This document shows, piece after piece, positions 1 through 13,925 of a DNA stretch of 64,000 nucleotides (positions are counted from its first letter, which is position 1; each line of letters starts with the position of its first letter). Made by a program: the position numbers and the translations under genes. The stretch spans positions 182,156,001 through 182,220,000 of the forward strand of contig OZ024742.1 of assembly GCA_964016885.1 (NCBI GenBank), written 5' to 3'. The notes below the pieces were generated by a model, which did no database searches, was not told where the DNA came from, and was given only the letters and a program-made list of their open reading frames with translations. The stretch is from Eledone cirrhosa (lineage: Eukaryota).

Positions 1-611
1 AAAGAGAGGTCCTTATCAACCCTGGAAGCAGAAAAGACATATGAAGGATACATAACAAAATACAGCAATATATTTATACTATTTCTCTACCGATTCTTGT
101 ATCATAAAATGTACTTGTCATGAACCCTTAATCCCGCATGGAGTCGCTGGTGGGCGCCATCATGACGTGCGGCCTGTCTCATAAAATGTAGACCTTTGAA
201 AAATAACATCAACCACTAAATATAGCTATAAATAGTTATCTCCCTTATTCCCTACCACACCAAGCTCTTATGTGCACCCCAACCCCGAAAAAAGAAAAAA
301 AAAAACCTTTAACAAAGAGCGAAGCAGAGAAACCCAGTATATTTATATAGACTAAAAAAATAGCAAAACAACAACAACAATAAACACCAACAGCAACATT
401 ATATCGATTTCTTTAAATGATATTGTCACAGACAGAGAATATCTGTCATATCCACTCACTGTATTTACAAAACATTTTATTGTTCATTTTCATCATTGTA
501 ATGTCTACGAAGAGATCCGGCTAATACGCACCAAATTACATGTCAGCAAGGTTTTTTTTAATGACATCATGCTAACAACAAATTCACCTATATCTATGTA
601 TATGAAGAAGC

Positions 612-633
612 ATATATATATATAAATAAATAA

Positions 634-687
<54 letters not shown>

Positions 688-730
688 GGGGGGGGATATA
701 TGTACATGTATATATATATATACACCTCTA

Positions 731-788
<58 letters not shown>

Positions 789-868
789 TATATATATATA
801 TAAATATTTATATATATATATAAATATATATATAAATATTTATATATATATATAAATATATATATAAA

Positions 869-934
<66 letters not shown>

Positions 935-948
935 CCTATATATATACC

Positions 949-1018
<70 letters not shown>

Positions 1019-1046
1019 TAGGTATATATATATATATATATATATA

Positions 1047-1141
<95 letters not shown>

Positions 1142-1150
1142 GTATATATA
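612..1150. repeat. (TA)n/(GA)n microsatellite tract
   Basis: Dinucleotide runs seen directly. Confidence 0.95.
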
Positions 1151-1619
1151 TCCCTCTGGCTCTTTACATATATATATATAGAAAACTTTGCATACACATA
1201 TCATAAACATAGACACTTGGGGAGTCACTTGTATTACGACATTTACAAATTTATAAATGGCTTTTAATGTGTCAAAATAAAAAATTACTCTCGTCTAGTT
1301 CGAGAGAGAAATAAAACCAAATAAAACGGGACTAGCAAGATTTCTACTTCATTATACTCTCCTCGCTCCTACTTCAATCTGCTCTCCATTTCCTACTTCA
1401 CTATACTCTCCCCTATCCTACGATCTGTCCTTTGTAAATCCTGTTGCTAAATGTAATAAATAGTTGCCAAGAAAGGTTAATGACCGGACAAGGAATACGT
1501 ACGTGAACAGCTTTCATAAATATATAAAAAAAATAGACCCACTCTTTTCCGGCTTTTGCTTACTTTGGAAATAATATTCAACTTCTTAAAGAAATTTGTT
1601 GTATTATATATGTGAGCAT

Positions 1620-1620
1620 G

Positions 1621-1680
<60 letters not shown>

Positions 1681-1736
1681 CCTGCGTGTGTACGTATGTA
1701 TGTACATGTATTTATATTTATGCATATATATGTGAG

Positions 1737-1803
<67 letters not shown>

Positions 1804-1850
1804 GAGTACATATATATATATACATATATACAAATATATATATATATATA
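1620..1850. repeat. (TG)n/(TA)n microsatellite; Helitron 3' insertion flank
   Basis: Seen directly; abuts the Helitron CTAG end. Confidence 0.9.
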
Positions 1851-2349
1851 CTAGCAGAAGTGCCCGACGTTGCTCGGGATTTAATTGCTTTAAAGTACCC
1901 TTAATGATTCCACTCAATTATGATTATTGAGGCAAAGATTGATATAATTTCCCGCTCAACCAATCGATTTGCATCGCGATAGAAAGCCCTGCAAAGGAAT
2001 TTGAAACATTCTCAGAAGGGGGTAACAATTGAATGTGAGGTGGCCCTGAAAAGGGCCGTGTTATCGTTCTCACAATGGTAACAATTTGGGAGGAAGTCCT
2101 GGAAAGGGGTGTAAAACGTTCGCAGGTGAATAGGGCCTCTTCCTCTTCCACCAACAGCAGCGGACATGCTGTCCCGAAACTTCATGCTCTGTGAAAACAC
2201 ATTGGATGCCCTATGGAGAAACGGGGGGAGGGAATAAGCATGGGTAAATAAATACGGGTAAGTTTGAAAATATACAACAATAGCATCTACTCACCATATG
2301 TCAGGCCGGCAAGACTGTAGTGGTGCTGAATAGAGGAGACTCAACACCG

Positions 2350-5300
2350 CTCTCACATTTTTTGTTCTGCCTTTGGGCACAAGTATGAATAAGTTCTGCT
2401 TGCATCCGACTCTTGAGCATGCGACGTATAATTGGCCGTGTGAGAAGCACGGCTGGCCTAAATAGAGGCCTGCCGTTGTTAGCGTTTGGCCTTGGGACTT
2501 GTTGATTGACATCGCAAAACAAAGTTTAACGGGGAATTGAAGTCGGCACAGAGTACAGGGGCATTCCTTACCTGATGGAGTTAATGGTATTCTGGGTATA
2601 AAGAGGTCTTCTCCAGCGCCGCAGTCCGTGAGAATTATGGCTTCAATTACATGCGGCAGGAGGTTTCTTACCACTAACCATTGCAGAGACGCAGTGATTC
2701 CAGGTTCCTCAACAGCATCACTTGAGCCCCATCTTTGAGGCGCAGTTCATGAGGGGGCAGTCCGGAGAGGTCCAAGGAATTGAGGAATTCTGTGGGAAAA
2801 TCGTCAACCTCATCTTTGTGCAAACTGTGTCCACAGATTTGTAGGTATGGCGGTTTCCAGGAATGCGTTACAGAAGGTCCTCATTGATTTTTGCAACAGA
2901 GACATTTTTGGTAGCTAATATGGCTCTATCGCACAGCCAACTCGTGTTTTTGTAGTTGATGGCCATATCGGGAAAGACAGAGGCTGTGAGCTCGTCAACA
3001 ATGTCGACAACGGTGTCTACTTGCGAGACTGCCATTTTTCCAGCTGCATCTGAAGGTACAGTGCCGTCACCAACTATTAAGAGGTCCTTCGGGAAGTCGG
3101 CTGATAAGTGGTCGCCGAACAGTTGAGCTCTCATGTTTGTTGTGAGGGTCAGAATTGTCACCTCCTGCCACAAGGGAGATGATTTAATTCAAGCCCCCAC
3201 AGTGCCGGCCATTGTGGCTTTTGGAACAACTGGAAAAGTTTGTCGAAAATCGCCAGACAGCAGTAGAGGTACTCCTCCCATCGGCTGATTGCATTCCCTG
3301 ATGTCTCGTAGAGTCCTGTCTAACGCCTGAAGGGACCCTTTATGGGCCATTGTGCATTCGTCCCACACAATTAGCTGGCATCTTTTCAAGACTTCTGCTT
3401 TGTCAAAGTCCTTGGTGATATTGCAGGTTATTGTGTCGTCTGAAGTCGCGTTGAATGGTAGCTTAAATGCGAAATGAGCTGTCCTACCTCCGGGCAGCAG
3501 AGTTGCGGCAATCCCAGAAGAAGCCACAGCCAGGGCGATTCCTTTTTGCTGTCGCACTTTAGCGACGAGGATTTTAGTGACGATTGTTTTACCAGTTCCT
3601 CCTGGGGCGTCCAAAAAGAAGATACCTCCTGTGCATTGACGAATGGAAGTGCAAACTGTGTCATACGTCCGCCGTTGCTCCTGCAACAATTTCGGCTCGT
3701 TTTCGTTGATGAACAGTTTGAGGGAGTCGACGTCGTTGGCAGTTTCCTGAATTATGCCCGTCGGAAGTTTGTCCGAGCCCGTTCGCTGAACTTTTGGCAG
3801 TCCATAGAATGGAAGGTCATTTCCGCCGGCAGTTAGGGCTTTGTCCTCGATGTCAATGAGAGCTTTGTTGGTGAATTCGTCGCTGAGTCGTACGTCGGAA
3901 TGAGGGGCTAGCAGTTGTCCTTGGTGTATGTATTTCTCGCATAAGGATACAGGGTCGCTTAGCTCGCATGTCTGCAGTAGCACCGCAAATAGTTGCCGAA
4001 GACTTCGTGCTGAGCGTATTGTAGCTGCCTCCGTCAATGTTGCATCCCACTGAGCGCCATCTTCCAGTAGACCCCGTCTAAGGAAGGCCGCGCAGAATGA
4101 CGTACAAACCTCTCCGTTGATTGTTTTCAGATCGTCGAAAGATGTCGGTCCTACCACCTCATGCAGTAGAAGGCATTCCTGTTGGTTAGGATGAATTGTG
4201 TAGACTCTCCCAAGGGTAGGGGAGATTTTAATGTCTGGATGTCCCTCGACGGGTTGTCCTTTCACCCTTCTTAACCAAATTCTGTTGTCTGTGTTCCTCT
4301 GCTATCTCAGCAGCGGTGGAGGCGGTGAAGTAGACTCTTTAACCGTTTTCAAGGTGCACCGCCAACTGTTTGATTGGGGGGTAGTTATGGTGTATTGCAA
4401 AGTGGAAGAATCGCCAGAACGCTTCATTACTGCTGATGTATCGGCCGATCTGGTATCGAGTGATTTTGTCTCGGCTGTTCAACCTTGTAAGACAGAAGGC
4501 CGCAGTATCGGACCCCTTATTGATGTACTTGCAGACGTACTTTATTGATTTGACGGAGTGGCATTATTCAACGTTAATGTGGGCGTTAAACATTTTAAGC
4601 AGAAGTGGGCAGTAGGGTACATCCACCGGTTGTCGACGTGGTGATGTGAGGTTTTCGCAACAATTCCTCCGTCCGCTGGCTCCCTGCGGCGGTATAATGG
4701 GTAATCGTCGCCACCTGTCTGAGTTTCTCGGAGGAATGGTCTTGGATACCTCTTGGTGCACCTTCTTTCTTTAATGCATGGCGAATTCATGTTGAAACCG
4801 TCTCTGCATGGCCCGTGAACCATCTGAGCAGGACGATGTTGTGGAGTTCTCTGTCCAATTTCGGATCGGGTATTTCTGCTGAAATAATCGTTTCTACTTT
4901 TAGCACAAGGCCAATTATCCCAGTGTATTACTGGTACGTTATTTTATCGACCCCGTAAGGATGAAAGGCAAAGTTAACCTCGGCGGGATTTGAACTCAGA
5001 CCATAAAGGGCCGTAACTCTATGCTGCAAAGCATGGCGTCCTACCCTCTACCGATACTGCCAAATAATGCTGTCAATGCTGTTTGCGTTGATTTTCGTTA
5101 TTAGCCAAATGAGTAGGTGGGCGTGTGGCAGGCCTCTCTTTTGCCACTCAACGGTGTATACGTAGCAGCTAACAGGTCCAAAGCCCTTACCTGATTGTAT
5201 GAGTTCAATAAGTTTTGTCAATTTCAAGTGGAAGATCGTGCCGTAAGGTCGTGTCTGTCTGACGCCCTTCGTCCGGGGAATAATTCCGCGGTAATTTCGG

Positions 5301-6985
5301 TCTACTTAGGGTTGCAAGTTAAAGTGATGAAGAGATCCGGTCTGCCGTAGAGACGCACGTAAGTCATAGCATCCTGTGTGCGTTCACTCATGTATCGGGG
5401 ACTCCCAATAAACGTCGACAGAAGGATACAATGTTTTCCAAGGTTCTCGGGATCGACGTCATTCCTTACTCCATCCCGTAAGTGAATGTAGCTGTCCGAA
5501 CGAAGGCGTGCTTGATCTTTCCTTATTTAGCACAGCCTTTCAGATTTCATCTTTACGCACGCGTCTACAGCAAGTTGGTTGAAGAGTACTCTTGCACGGT
5601 GGAGGTGGTTAAAGCAGCCTTCGCGGACCATGAATCGGTAGGCGAAGAATTGCATACAGGAAACAGTTTTGTTGCTGTTGCACAAATGAATTCCAAAGTG
5701 GTATCCGTTGTCACCGAATGGGAAAAGAAGTGGGTATTGGAATGTGTCGTAGGACCTATGCGTCTCGCTGATCCTTTGCAGAGTGTTGTCCCTACACTGA
5801 AGTATGTCTCGCTTGTTGTACTGTTCTCCATGAAGAATCACAGCTCTTTCATTGCACGTGGGAGCGTTAAAACGTCCGACGTGGGTGCCTGGTGGTTTCC
5901 TGTCAGCGTCGATTATAACAGCAAAATTTGGCGCCGGAGCGGCCTCCAATGCGCATTTGAAACTGCGTATGTAGTTGATGTTTTCGTGCAGCATTCACTG
6001 AAGTTCCAACAGAATTTTCCTCTCTGTGCCAGGCGAAATTAAAGTGCGTCGTTCCGCTTGGTCCAAATAGTCAGTGACAAAGTATAGCTGTAGGATCTGG
6101 GGCTCTCCGTCTGCCTTAGGCAGGAGCGAACCGATCCTGTGGTAAATTTGTCCTTGAACTTTAAAGGTAGGCATGAAGCCGTGCTCCCGTATGATGTTAG
6201 CTCCGAAATAGGTCATTTGGAAGGCAGCGTTGTATCTACTGGAGCATTGAAGGAAGTGTTCTGACTCCGTTGTGGCACCGGTCAGTAGAGACTTCATAGG
6301 TTGTGGTGGTTCCTGTAGAGGAGGCAGTTTCACTTTGCCGTCAGAGCAGCACATCCCTGAAGTCTCCCTAGGCCATTTTTTTGCCCGGCAAGATTGGCAA
6401 ATGACGGACATGGATCCAATCTGGCAGCAGTGCATAGTTAACTGTAGGGTCATAGTGGAAAGCCTTATGAGACCACTGAGTACAACTGATCTTCTGAGTA
6501 CCTCGTTGAGGACTCCTGCGGAGTGCATTGGCGTTTAGTCTGTGTAATCGAATTTGCGCCGTCTCTGACACGCGCACAGAGGCGGTTGAAGCGGCGTCCG
6601 TCCGTCGGCGTCTGGAACGCTGCCCTTCGTCTTCACCAGCACGTGACGCAGCAGTTGAGGCGGCATCTCTTCCTCGTCGTCTGGAACGCTGTTCTTCGTC
6701 CTCGCCAGCACGCGCCGCATCAGTGGAGGCAACATTTTTGCTTCGTCGTCGAGAATATTGGTCATCAGTTTGCGCTGCACGTGCAACTGCAGTTAGAAAT
6801 GCATTCCCGGAAAGGCGATTGCTCCTCTGTACTTCTGTCTCGGTTGACCGGGTAATTGCATTTCGAGTTGCATTTTGTGACAACCGAGTCAAATTCTCGA
6901 GGGACGATTCTGTAGCTCTTCTTCGTTTGGCAGCAGAAGTAGCTTTAGTTTGGCGACTAAGCCGTGGTCTTTTCTTGGGGGGCAT
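2350..6985 (-). pseudogene. Helitron RepHel (Zn finger, HUH Rep, PIF1-type helicase) with frameshifts, stops and a SINE insertion
   Basis: CQSCRAKKW..GMCCSDGKV; Rep motifs DLFITLTCNP, YTVEWQKRGLPHAHLLIW (~5105-5160), KYVCKYINKG (~4515-4543); helicase FFLDAPGGTGKT, LIVWDECTM, LLSGDFRQ, QFPVKLCFAMSINKSQGQT, FSHGQLYVACSRVG. Confidence 0.95.
4888..5061 (-). mobile_element. tRNA-derived SINE (family A) inserted in the Helitron Rep domain
   Basis: A-box-like TGGCAGTATCGGTAGA and B-box GAGTTCAAATCCC on minus; TSD AAATAAT (4881-4887 / 5062-5068); many copies in the window. Confidence 0.9.
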
Positions 6986-7817
6986 GACCGTAGTGTGAAA
7001 GTATGTTTTAAAAGTAAGTTTAAAAAGGGAAACAGGAAATACTAATTAAACCGAACACGTAAATATTTATGCATGTAATGGAGCAAAAAAGGACGGTAGC
7101 GAAAAATTTCAATTGAACAGTGAATAAGTAAAAAGTGAGTACTAAGTAAGTTGTAGCAAGAATGCACGTCAAATAGTAGGTCAAACCTGTAAGCCAAAGC
7201 ACGTCTGAGTTATAGCACAAAAGAGCGTAAACAGGGGCGATAATTTGGAGCACACTGGAAAAAGAAATCATCAAAATCGGACGTTCCTGAAAAAAGTTTT
7301 CTCGCTATTTTTTTATCAGAATATTTATATTACTTTTTTTTCTCATATTGCTAAAAAGAAAGAGAAAAAAATTACAAAAAGGACAACAACAAAATATAAT
7401 GTCTTTGTTGAGATTCAAGTAACGGCGTCCGTACGTCGGCGTCAGGAACGCTGCCCTTCGTCCTCACCAGCACGTGACGCAGCAGTTGAGGCGGCAAGAG
7501 AGAGTTAGAGCATGTATTTAGTTTTATCGATTTTTTCATAGAAGCAGGAAATTTTTGGCAAAGTTTATGTCGCGTTGGCCATCGTCGGTAAATTTGGAAC
7601 ACATTGGAAACAAAATCATCAAAATCGGTAGAGAGATGTGGAAATGCATAAACATCATACACACACAGGCATACATCTTCAGTTTTAAATATATAGAAAT
7701 ATAGCAGGCTACCTCAACAAAATAGAGTACATAGATGGGAACAATCAAAACACCCAAAATAAATCCCACATAGGTAGATATAATAACACAACACCAAACC
7801 ACACTTACTACCATAGT

Positions 7818-8624
7818 ATGCACACCAGTAAACCAACAAACAAAACTAATAGAAAGCGATGCAAAGAGTACTTATGGTATAACCCTGAATACAATAGCTC
7901 CATTAGTACAAATTTACCAGTACTCTTCTTTAAAATAATTAAAAGACATTTTCCCACATCACACAAATACCACAAAATCCTAAACCCTACCACTATAAGA
8001 CTGTCATACTCTACAGCGTTAAACCTTGAACAACACATAAAAAAGATCAATACTAGAAGGTTAAACGAAAACACTAAGAACTTAAGTACAAAGAACCCCA
8101 AAAAAACAGTAGACAATACACTACAGAACATAAATAAACCACACCTAAGTTCGTCCGCAATACTACTCCAGAGAAAACCCAACGTACACAACTGTAACTG
8201 CACCTATCCTGACAACTGCCCCCTCGGCAATAACTGCCTGGAAAAAAATATTATTTATAAGTGTACCATTAAATCCGGAGGCAACGAGTGGTATTACGTG
8301 GGATCAACGGCAACATCGTTTAAATCTCGATTGTATAGGCATTCTTACTCAATAAAACACCAGAGCCAAAGAAATGTAACAACTTTAGCAGAGAAAGCTT
8401 GGACGCTCAGGGATAGCAATCAAAAGTTTACCCTAAAATGGGAAAAATTAGCTAAAACCCAAAGCTTTTCCAGGAGCCAAAATTTCTGCAAATTGTGTAA
8501 TCTTGAGATTTATTACATAATCACACACAAGAAGAAACTGCTGAATAACAGAATTGAACGAACATTATTCTGCCGTCACAGAACTAAAACCCTTTTTTCC
8601 CACTACAAGCCGAATATTACATAA
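7818..8624 (+). CDS. PLE C-terminal fragment: linker, CNC..C..C motif and GIY-YIG endonuclease
   Basis: LWYNPEYN; CNCTYPDNCPLGNNCLEKNIIYKC; YYVGSTATSFKSRLYRH; CKLCNLE; homologous to the 25052-26716 and 32652-34003 ORFs. Confidence 0.88.
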   Translation: MHTSKPTNKTNRKRCKEYLWYNPEYNSSISTNLPVLFFKIIKRHFPTSHKYHKILNPTTIRLSYSTALNLEQHIKKINTRRLNENTKNLSTKNPKKTVDNTLQNINKPHLSSSAILLQRKPNVHNCNCTYPDNCPLGNNCLEKNIIYKCTIKSGGNEWYYVGSTATSFKSRLYRHSYSIKHQSQRNVTTLAEKAWTLRDSNQKFTLKWEKLAKTQSFSRSQNFCKLCNLEIYYIITHKKKLLNNRIERTLFCRHRTKTLFSHYKPNIT

Positions 8625-8939
8625 AAGAGGGACATCCCCCAACTATATAAACCTTAATCTAGTTAGAAAAATATAAAAACAATCTCTTTTCAACATATAT
8701 TAATAACCTTAAATTACCATACTAATAATGAAAAGATATGCTGATGAGAATAGGTACAAATATGCGATAATGAATGTGTCTAAAAACGTCCATAAGTATG
8801 TATATATATGTGAAAATGTATATAAATAAGTAAATATATATATATGTTTGATGTGTATAGTTAGATGTAAGTGTATTCATGTATTAAAGTGCTTATATAT
8901 ATATATATATATGTGTGTGTGTATATGTGTGTATATATG

Positions 8940-8986
<47 letters not shown>

Positions 8987-9576
8987 GTATATGTATATAT
9001 GTATATATATATGTGTATGTATGTATGTGTATATGGATGTGTATGTATGTGTATGTGTGTACACATGGACTAGAGTATGTATGTATATATGTGTGTGTCT
9101 ATACGTGTGTATATATAAAGATAAGTTGAGTATGAAAATGTATACACATGAGCGCGTATGTATGTACATGAATACATGTGTGTATATATATGTGTATGCA
9201 TGTGTATATATATGTAAGTATGAATATGTGAATTGTGAGTATATGTATTTTGTAGAGGTGTGCAAATATATTTGTGTGTGAATGCGTGGGTGAAAGAATA
9301 CGTACACTTGAAAGAAAAATTTAAGTCTGAATGTTAAGTGCAAACACAAAACCAACCACGCATATCTTTACTATCTCTAATCCTTCTATAGATTTAGAAA
9401 AATAACCAATAATATATTCTATAAAAAATGTCAAAACAACAGATGGGAATCTAATTAATCACTGCCACCAAGAATTCTCACTGCTATCGAAAAACCACTC
9501 CTTCAACTATTCTTCTAACAACTTCACCCCTTCCTCCTAATATTCTCTATAAAAACTAAATAGGTCCTCAGTAATA

Positions 9577-9693
9577 TTATTCTGATGAAATGACAGTAAA
9601 CAATAACATTGAAATATTGAATGTCTGCATAACTAAAAGTTTGTAGATAGCTGTTTTAGGTTATGTAACTGTTATAGAAACACGTGTCAATAA
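9577..9693 (+). ncRNA. Type I hammerhead ribozyme, extended stem II
   Basis: ttatt-CTGATGA-aatgacagt...actgttata-GAAAC-acgt-GTC-aataa; palindromic stem III; predicted cut after 9688. Confidence 0.8.
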
Positions 9694-9840
9694 ATTCCTT
9701 TCAACTAAACTGTATCCATTCAAATCTTTCTATTTTTCTCCGGATTACTTTTGGAACTACAACTGGAACCGTCGAGCAAACTCTACGTGAGCTGATAATC
9801 TACTGTGTGTAATATTTATATTACAACACAACGGAAAAAA

Positions 9841-9880
<40 letters not shown>

Positions 9881-10799
9881 ATGTATATGCATATATATCA
9901 CGTTTTGACATAAGCCCTCATACACATACCTACACTCTCAGCTGATCCTGAATACTAAAATCAATTAAGTGAATATTTGCAAAATGATATGTTCTGTACG
10001 CTGTGAGCGGAAACGTGTACGATTGTCAAACAGAGCATCCACTTCCGCTCCCTGTGCCTTATTACTACACAAGTGTATCAATACTCCACCACATTTGATG
10101 GGACATACTTGCTATTGTATTGTAGCAAACAAAGACCTAAAATAATTTGCTACGGCCTCGTTATTGTTGTTCCGTCCCACATCAGCCCTAGATATTTCAG
10201 AGCTACTCAACCACACACACGCACACAAAAAAAAACCGGTGAAACGTATTGTAACAGACACAATCTCGTCTCTTATGCATATACAGTCGTCGTGCCCCTT
10301 GGATTACGTAATCCTGTGTTCTGTTTTACTGCCACATAGAACACCATTTTGCGGGTATTTAACGGACAGCAAGTTAATATAGATAATATGTTTTTCAGTT
10401 GTCTGCGATTTGAGTTCCTACCCCAGGGAGATGAATTTTGCCCTTTTCATTTTCTGAATCGAGAAATAAATTACAAATCCAGGGTAAGTAGATTGGCTGA
10501 ATAGTCAAAGATTTGGATGGGCTGCATTGTGATTTATCTTTCCACTCGGTGCATTGCCCTATGTGTTCAGGCTCGGTGCATTTTAAGTTCAAGTTCATCC
10601 TCTTGCCGGACAAGGGATGGCGCTTCTACCAGGAGTTGCAATCGAAAGATGGTATCAGCAATTGAAACAGTGTTCTAGGTTCGTTTCTTTCTTTATTTTC
10701 AAGGTCCAATATGAGGAAGACATGTCTGCTATTTCGAGTATATCTACTGTACAAGTACTCCTCCCTGGGTTTCGAGTTTCGTTTTTTAAACAAAATACC

Positions 10800-11800
10800 A
10801 ATCAAAGTGAGAGCTAATATCTAGATTGTTATCTATGTTGCCACTTTGAAGCTTTTTGTCCACATAGCCATGAATGGTTTTAACATCTAGGGCTCAGATC
10901 ACACGTAATGTCTAATAAAGCAGCTCAAATGTTCGTATGAGTACTGTTAAAGCAAACATATTTTGGGCTATTGATTTCTTCTTTACAGAGATGACTTATG
11001 ACCATATATTTTTTATCTGGGTTATATATTCTTTGGGTACACGCTCTATCATAATATATATTTTCATCCCTAAATATATGTAGCATCTTTGCACAGAAAT
11101 AGGAGAAATAGTCTGCTGATTAATAGAGATATTACTAGACTGACTTATAGATTTGTATAGTTTCACGATAAGAAGAAGAACTTTTATGTTGAAACTTTCA
11201 TGTTGGCCAATTACCATTTCTATATATACTAAAAATATAGTAGTCAGGTCGAGCTTCTTCATACCATTTGTATTATTTTATTCTTTAAGATTATCTCCAA
11301 AGGAGTAATGTGTTAGGTTGATGGTTCTATGTTGATATGAGGTAATGACAAACCTTTCAGATTTCCTAAATAAAAAGGACTAAAGGTTTACGAAAATTAT
11401 AAGCAAAACGACAGAGTAATTGTCCCATTCAAATGTACCATAGCGGTACTGTATTCTAACAGTGGCATTACAATTACTTCCTTTATCTATCTTCAGTTTG
11501 GTGGCCGAGATCAAAATAAGCTGTAATGAGACAAAGTCATTTATTCTTTTACCACATCCGACAATCAAGTCACTTACTAGTGCTTTCCCATTCTGATGTT
11601 TTTTTAATCAGCCTCGGTGGTATAGCTATAGACACTATATGTTTGTGGTGCAATGCAAGGGCAACAATTCTTTAAGATTTCTTTTAGCCACACTACATCA
11701 TAGTTAAAATCCCTTTCCGCACATCAGAATTTTGCCCCAGAAGGAATCCGTATCTTCTTGAGAATGAGACTCCTTACTCAACAAATCTCTATAAATAGTT
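10800..11800 (-). pseudogene. Possible highly decayed CR1/L2-type LINE RT C-terminus
   Basis: Only short peptide echoes on minus: VMPLLEYSTAM (~11440-11472) and DVKTIHGYVD (~10858-10888); boundaries guessed. Confidence 0.25.
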
Positions 11801-13034
11801 GATTGGCTTCAATGTTTGCTATTTTTCGTTCATTTGCTCTCTTTTGATACCGGAGTTTTTTCCTGGCAGCGTTTAACTCTTGTTTGGGTGGGGATCAATT
11901 TATACTTAACTGTTCTCTTTGTACAGTCTCTAACTATTTTGTATATTCTCTTTCATTTTTTGTTGTTGATGTTCGTAGTTATTTGCTTGATGGCATGTGT
12001 TACATAACGCCACATAATTGATAGTTTTCGATCTTTTTTTCCATTTTCTAAGTCTATAATGTTTTTGTATTTGTCTCGCCTTTGTTTAATTTTGGAGTAA
12101 CACCAAGATACTAATTCATAGTTACTGAGAGGGCATAGAAATAAGCATTAATTTGCTAAAATAAAAGGACATTACACTGTTGTAAATCGTCACCCTCGAT
12201 CTTGTTAATCACCGTTAATATAAACGCGGTCTTCATTAACCTAAGTCAAATGAGATTATTTTACAGCGGAAGGTTTAAAGGTTACCTGGACCACCTCCTA
12301 ACTCATGGCTATCCTAGTCGAATTCGCTACTCACAGGAATGCGCCTCACGAGTTGGAATCTATCTTTTAATACGTCTCTTTTGGCACACTCCAGATGCAA
12401 CGCTCCCTCTATTACATCTGTTGGGACCATGAGGTGGCTTGCACTTGGGATTCTGCATACCAGAGAGTATTCTCCCACGCCGTACGGTCTCGTATCAATG
12501 GGAAAGCGATTATCATATTTTCATTGTATTGAACTACGTTCTATTCATAGAAACTCCTAAATGTCAATTTTAATAACTGTGGGCATGAAAAGGAGAAACG
12601 TTTTGTAAAGAATATCTTTTCTTGAAGCATTTCAGTAGGGAAACGTTTCAATTTTTTATACTCTTAGCTCTCCTTACGTTCGTAGTATATATATTATCTT
12701 TCCTCCTGCTACAACCACTAGTAGGATATTGTGGATGGTCAGTATGAAAGTGAATTAAAGTCGTTGTAGTAGGGGATATCAACGTTGGCGATAGATGGAG
12801 TGTCTAGGAGAATATCACCGAGTTTTTTTTTTTCGTACATTATTTACACTTATGAGAATAAAATTACATGCGACACTTTTTGGAATGAAATTATAATCAT
12901 GGACTCTCTTCTAGTGCTCATCGAATGCCCCGTGTCATAATTGTTTTGCCGTTAAATAATTTAACTTTGGCTATAGTTCGTCCCAGTTGTATTTTCCGTT
13001 TTAACCATGTAGACAACAAAGATCTATTTCAGGC

Positions 13035-13230
13035 CTGACCTGTCAAATCTTCCCCTCCGACGGGGAAATCTCCCACCCACTTTGGGGTGGGTGAGATATG
13101 TCTTCTCTTGTGAAAATGGGTATAGCTTTCATTTTGTAAAATCTCCAAATTTTGCCTCATTTATCCCCGTTTCGGGGCACTTTTTTTTCATGGTACTCTC
13201 CGTTTGAGATTTTAGAGGTTGGCAGGTCTG
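13035..13230. mobile_element. Possible hAT-type MITE remnant
   Basis: Imperfect TIRs CTGACCTGTCAA / TTGGCAGGTCTG about 200 bp apart; no clean 8-bp TSD. Confidence 0.35.
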
Positions 13231-13559
13231 CTATTTTGCCATTGTACAGCAAATAAACACGTTATTAGTTCATAACACCAAGAATATGAGATATAACATT
13301 TAGGTTTCTTTTATAATTTCGGTTTTAAAAATTTGTTTATATGGTTTGGTTGCTGATGTTTACAGTCATGTTGTTTGTAGTAACACTCGGCCTGAAGAAT
13401 TTTAGATAATTTTTTTTATTTTTCACTGATTTTCATCACCATATTATCCAGTCTTTAAAAGGTGGATACCTGAAGGTCTAAAATCCAAAGGTTCGGCTAC
13501 GGTTCACCCAAAATTTCCCCGAATGTGTTTATACACGCGTAAGTGTGTGAGCGTACAAC

Positions 13560-13694
13560 ACACAGACATGCACACACACATATATATGTATATTCACACA
13601 CACATGCACACAGATATATATATGTATATAAATATATATGTATATCTATATATGTATATAAATATATATGTATATATATATGTGGGTATAAATA

Positions 13695-13763
<69 letters not shown>

Positions 13764-13829
13764 GTGTGTGTGTGTATAAGAGAGAGATAGAGAGAGAGAG
13801 AGATAGAGAGAGAGAGGGGGAGGGAGAGA

Positions 13830-13917
<88 letters not shown>

Positions 13918-13925
13918 AAGAGACA
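13560..13925. repeat. (TA)n/(GA)n microsatellites
   Basis: Seen directly. Confidence 0.95.

Larger units (their letters stand above)
1851..7697 (-). mobile_element. Helitron (rolling-circle transposon), near full length, decayed
   Basis: 3' end on minus: hairpin CCCGAgcaacgTCGGG (1863-1878), then CTAG|T at 1851. Probable 5' TCTATATA at ~7697. Encodes RepHel fragments. Confidence 0.93.
7700..9840 (+). mobile_element. PLE copy A, 5'-truncated (GIY-YIG part plus 3' pLTR with HHR)
   Basis: ORF 7818-8624 and HHR at 9577-9693; boundaries approximate. Confidence 0.8.

Noticed and set aside
396-504. HHR-like motif on minus (acatta-caATGATGA...GAAA-tcga-TA-taatgt)
   Set aside because: The core lacks C3 and the spacing is off; counted only as degenerate and not listed as a feature.
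3428-6998. Plus-strand and alternative-frame ORFs over the Helitron (and similar ones over the RTE and PLE ORFs)
   Set aside because: Shadow frames of transposon coding sequence with no recognisable motifs.
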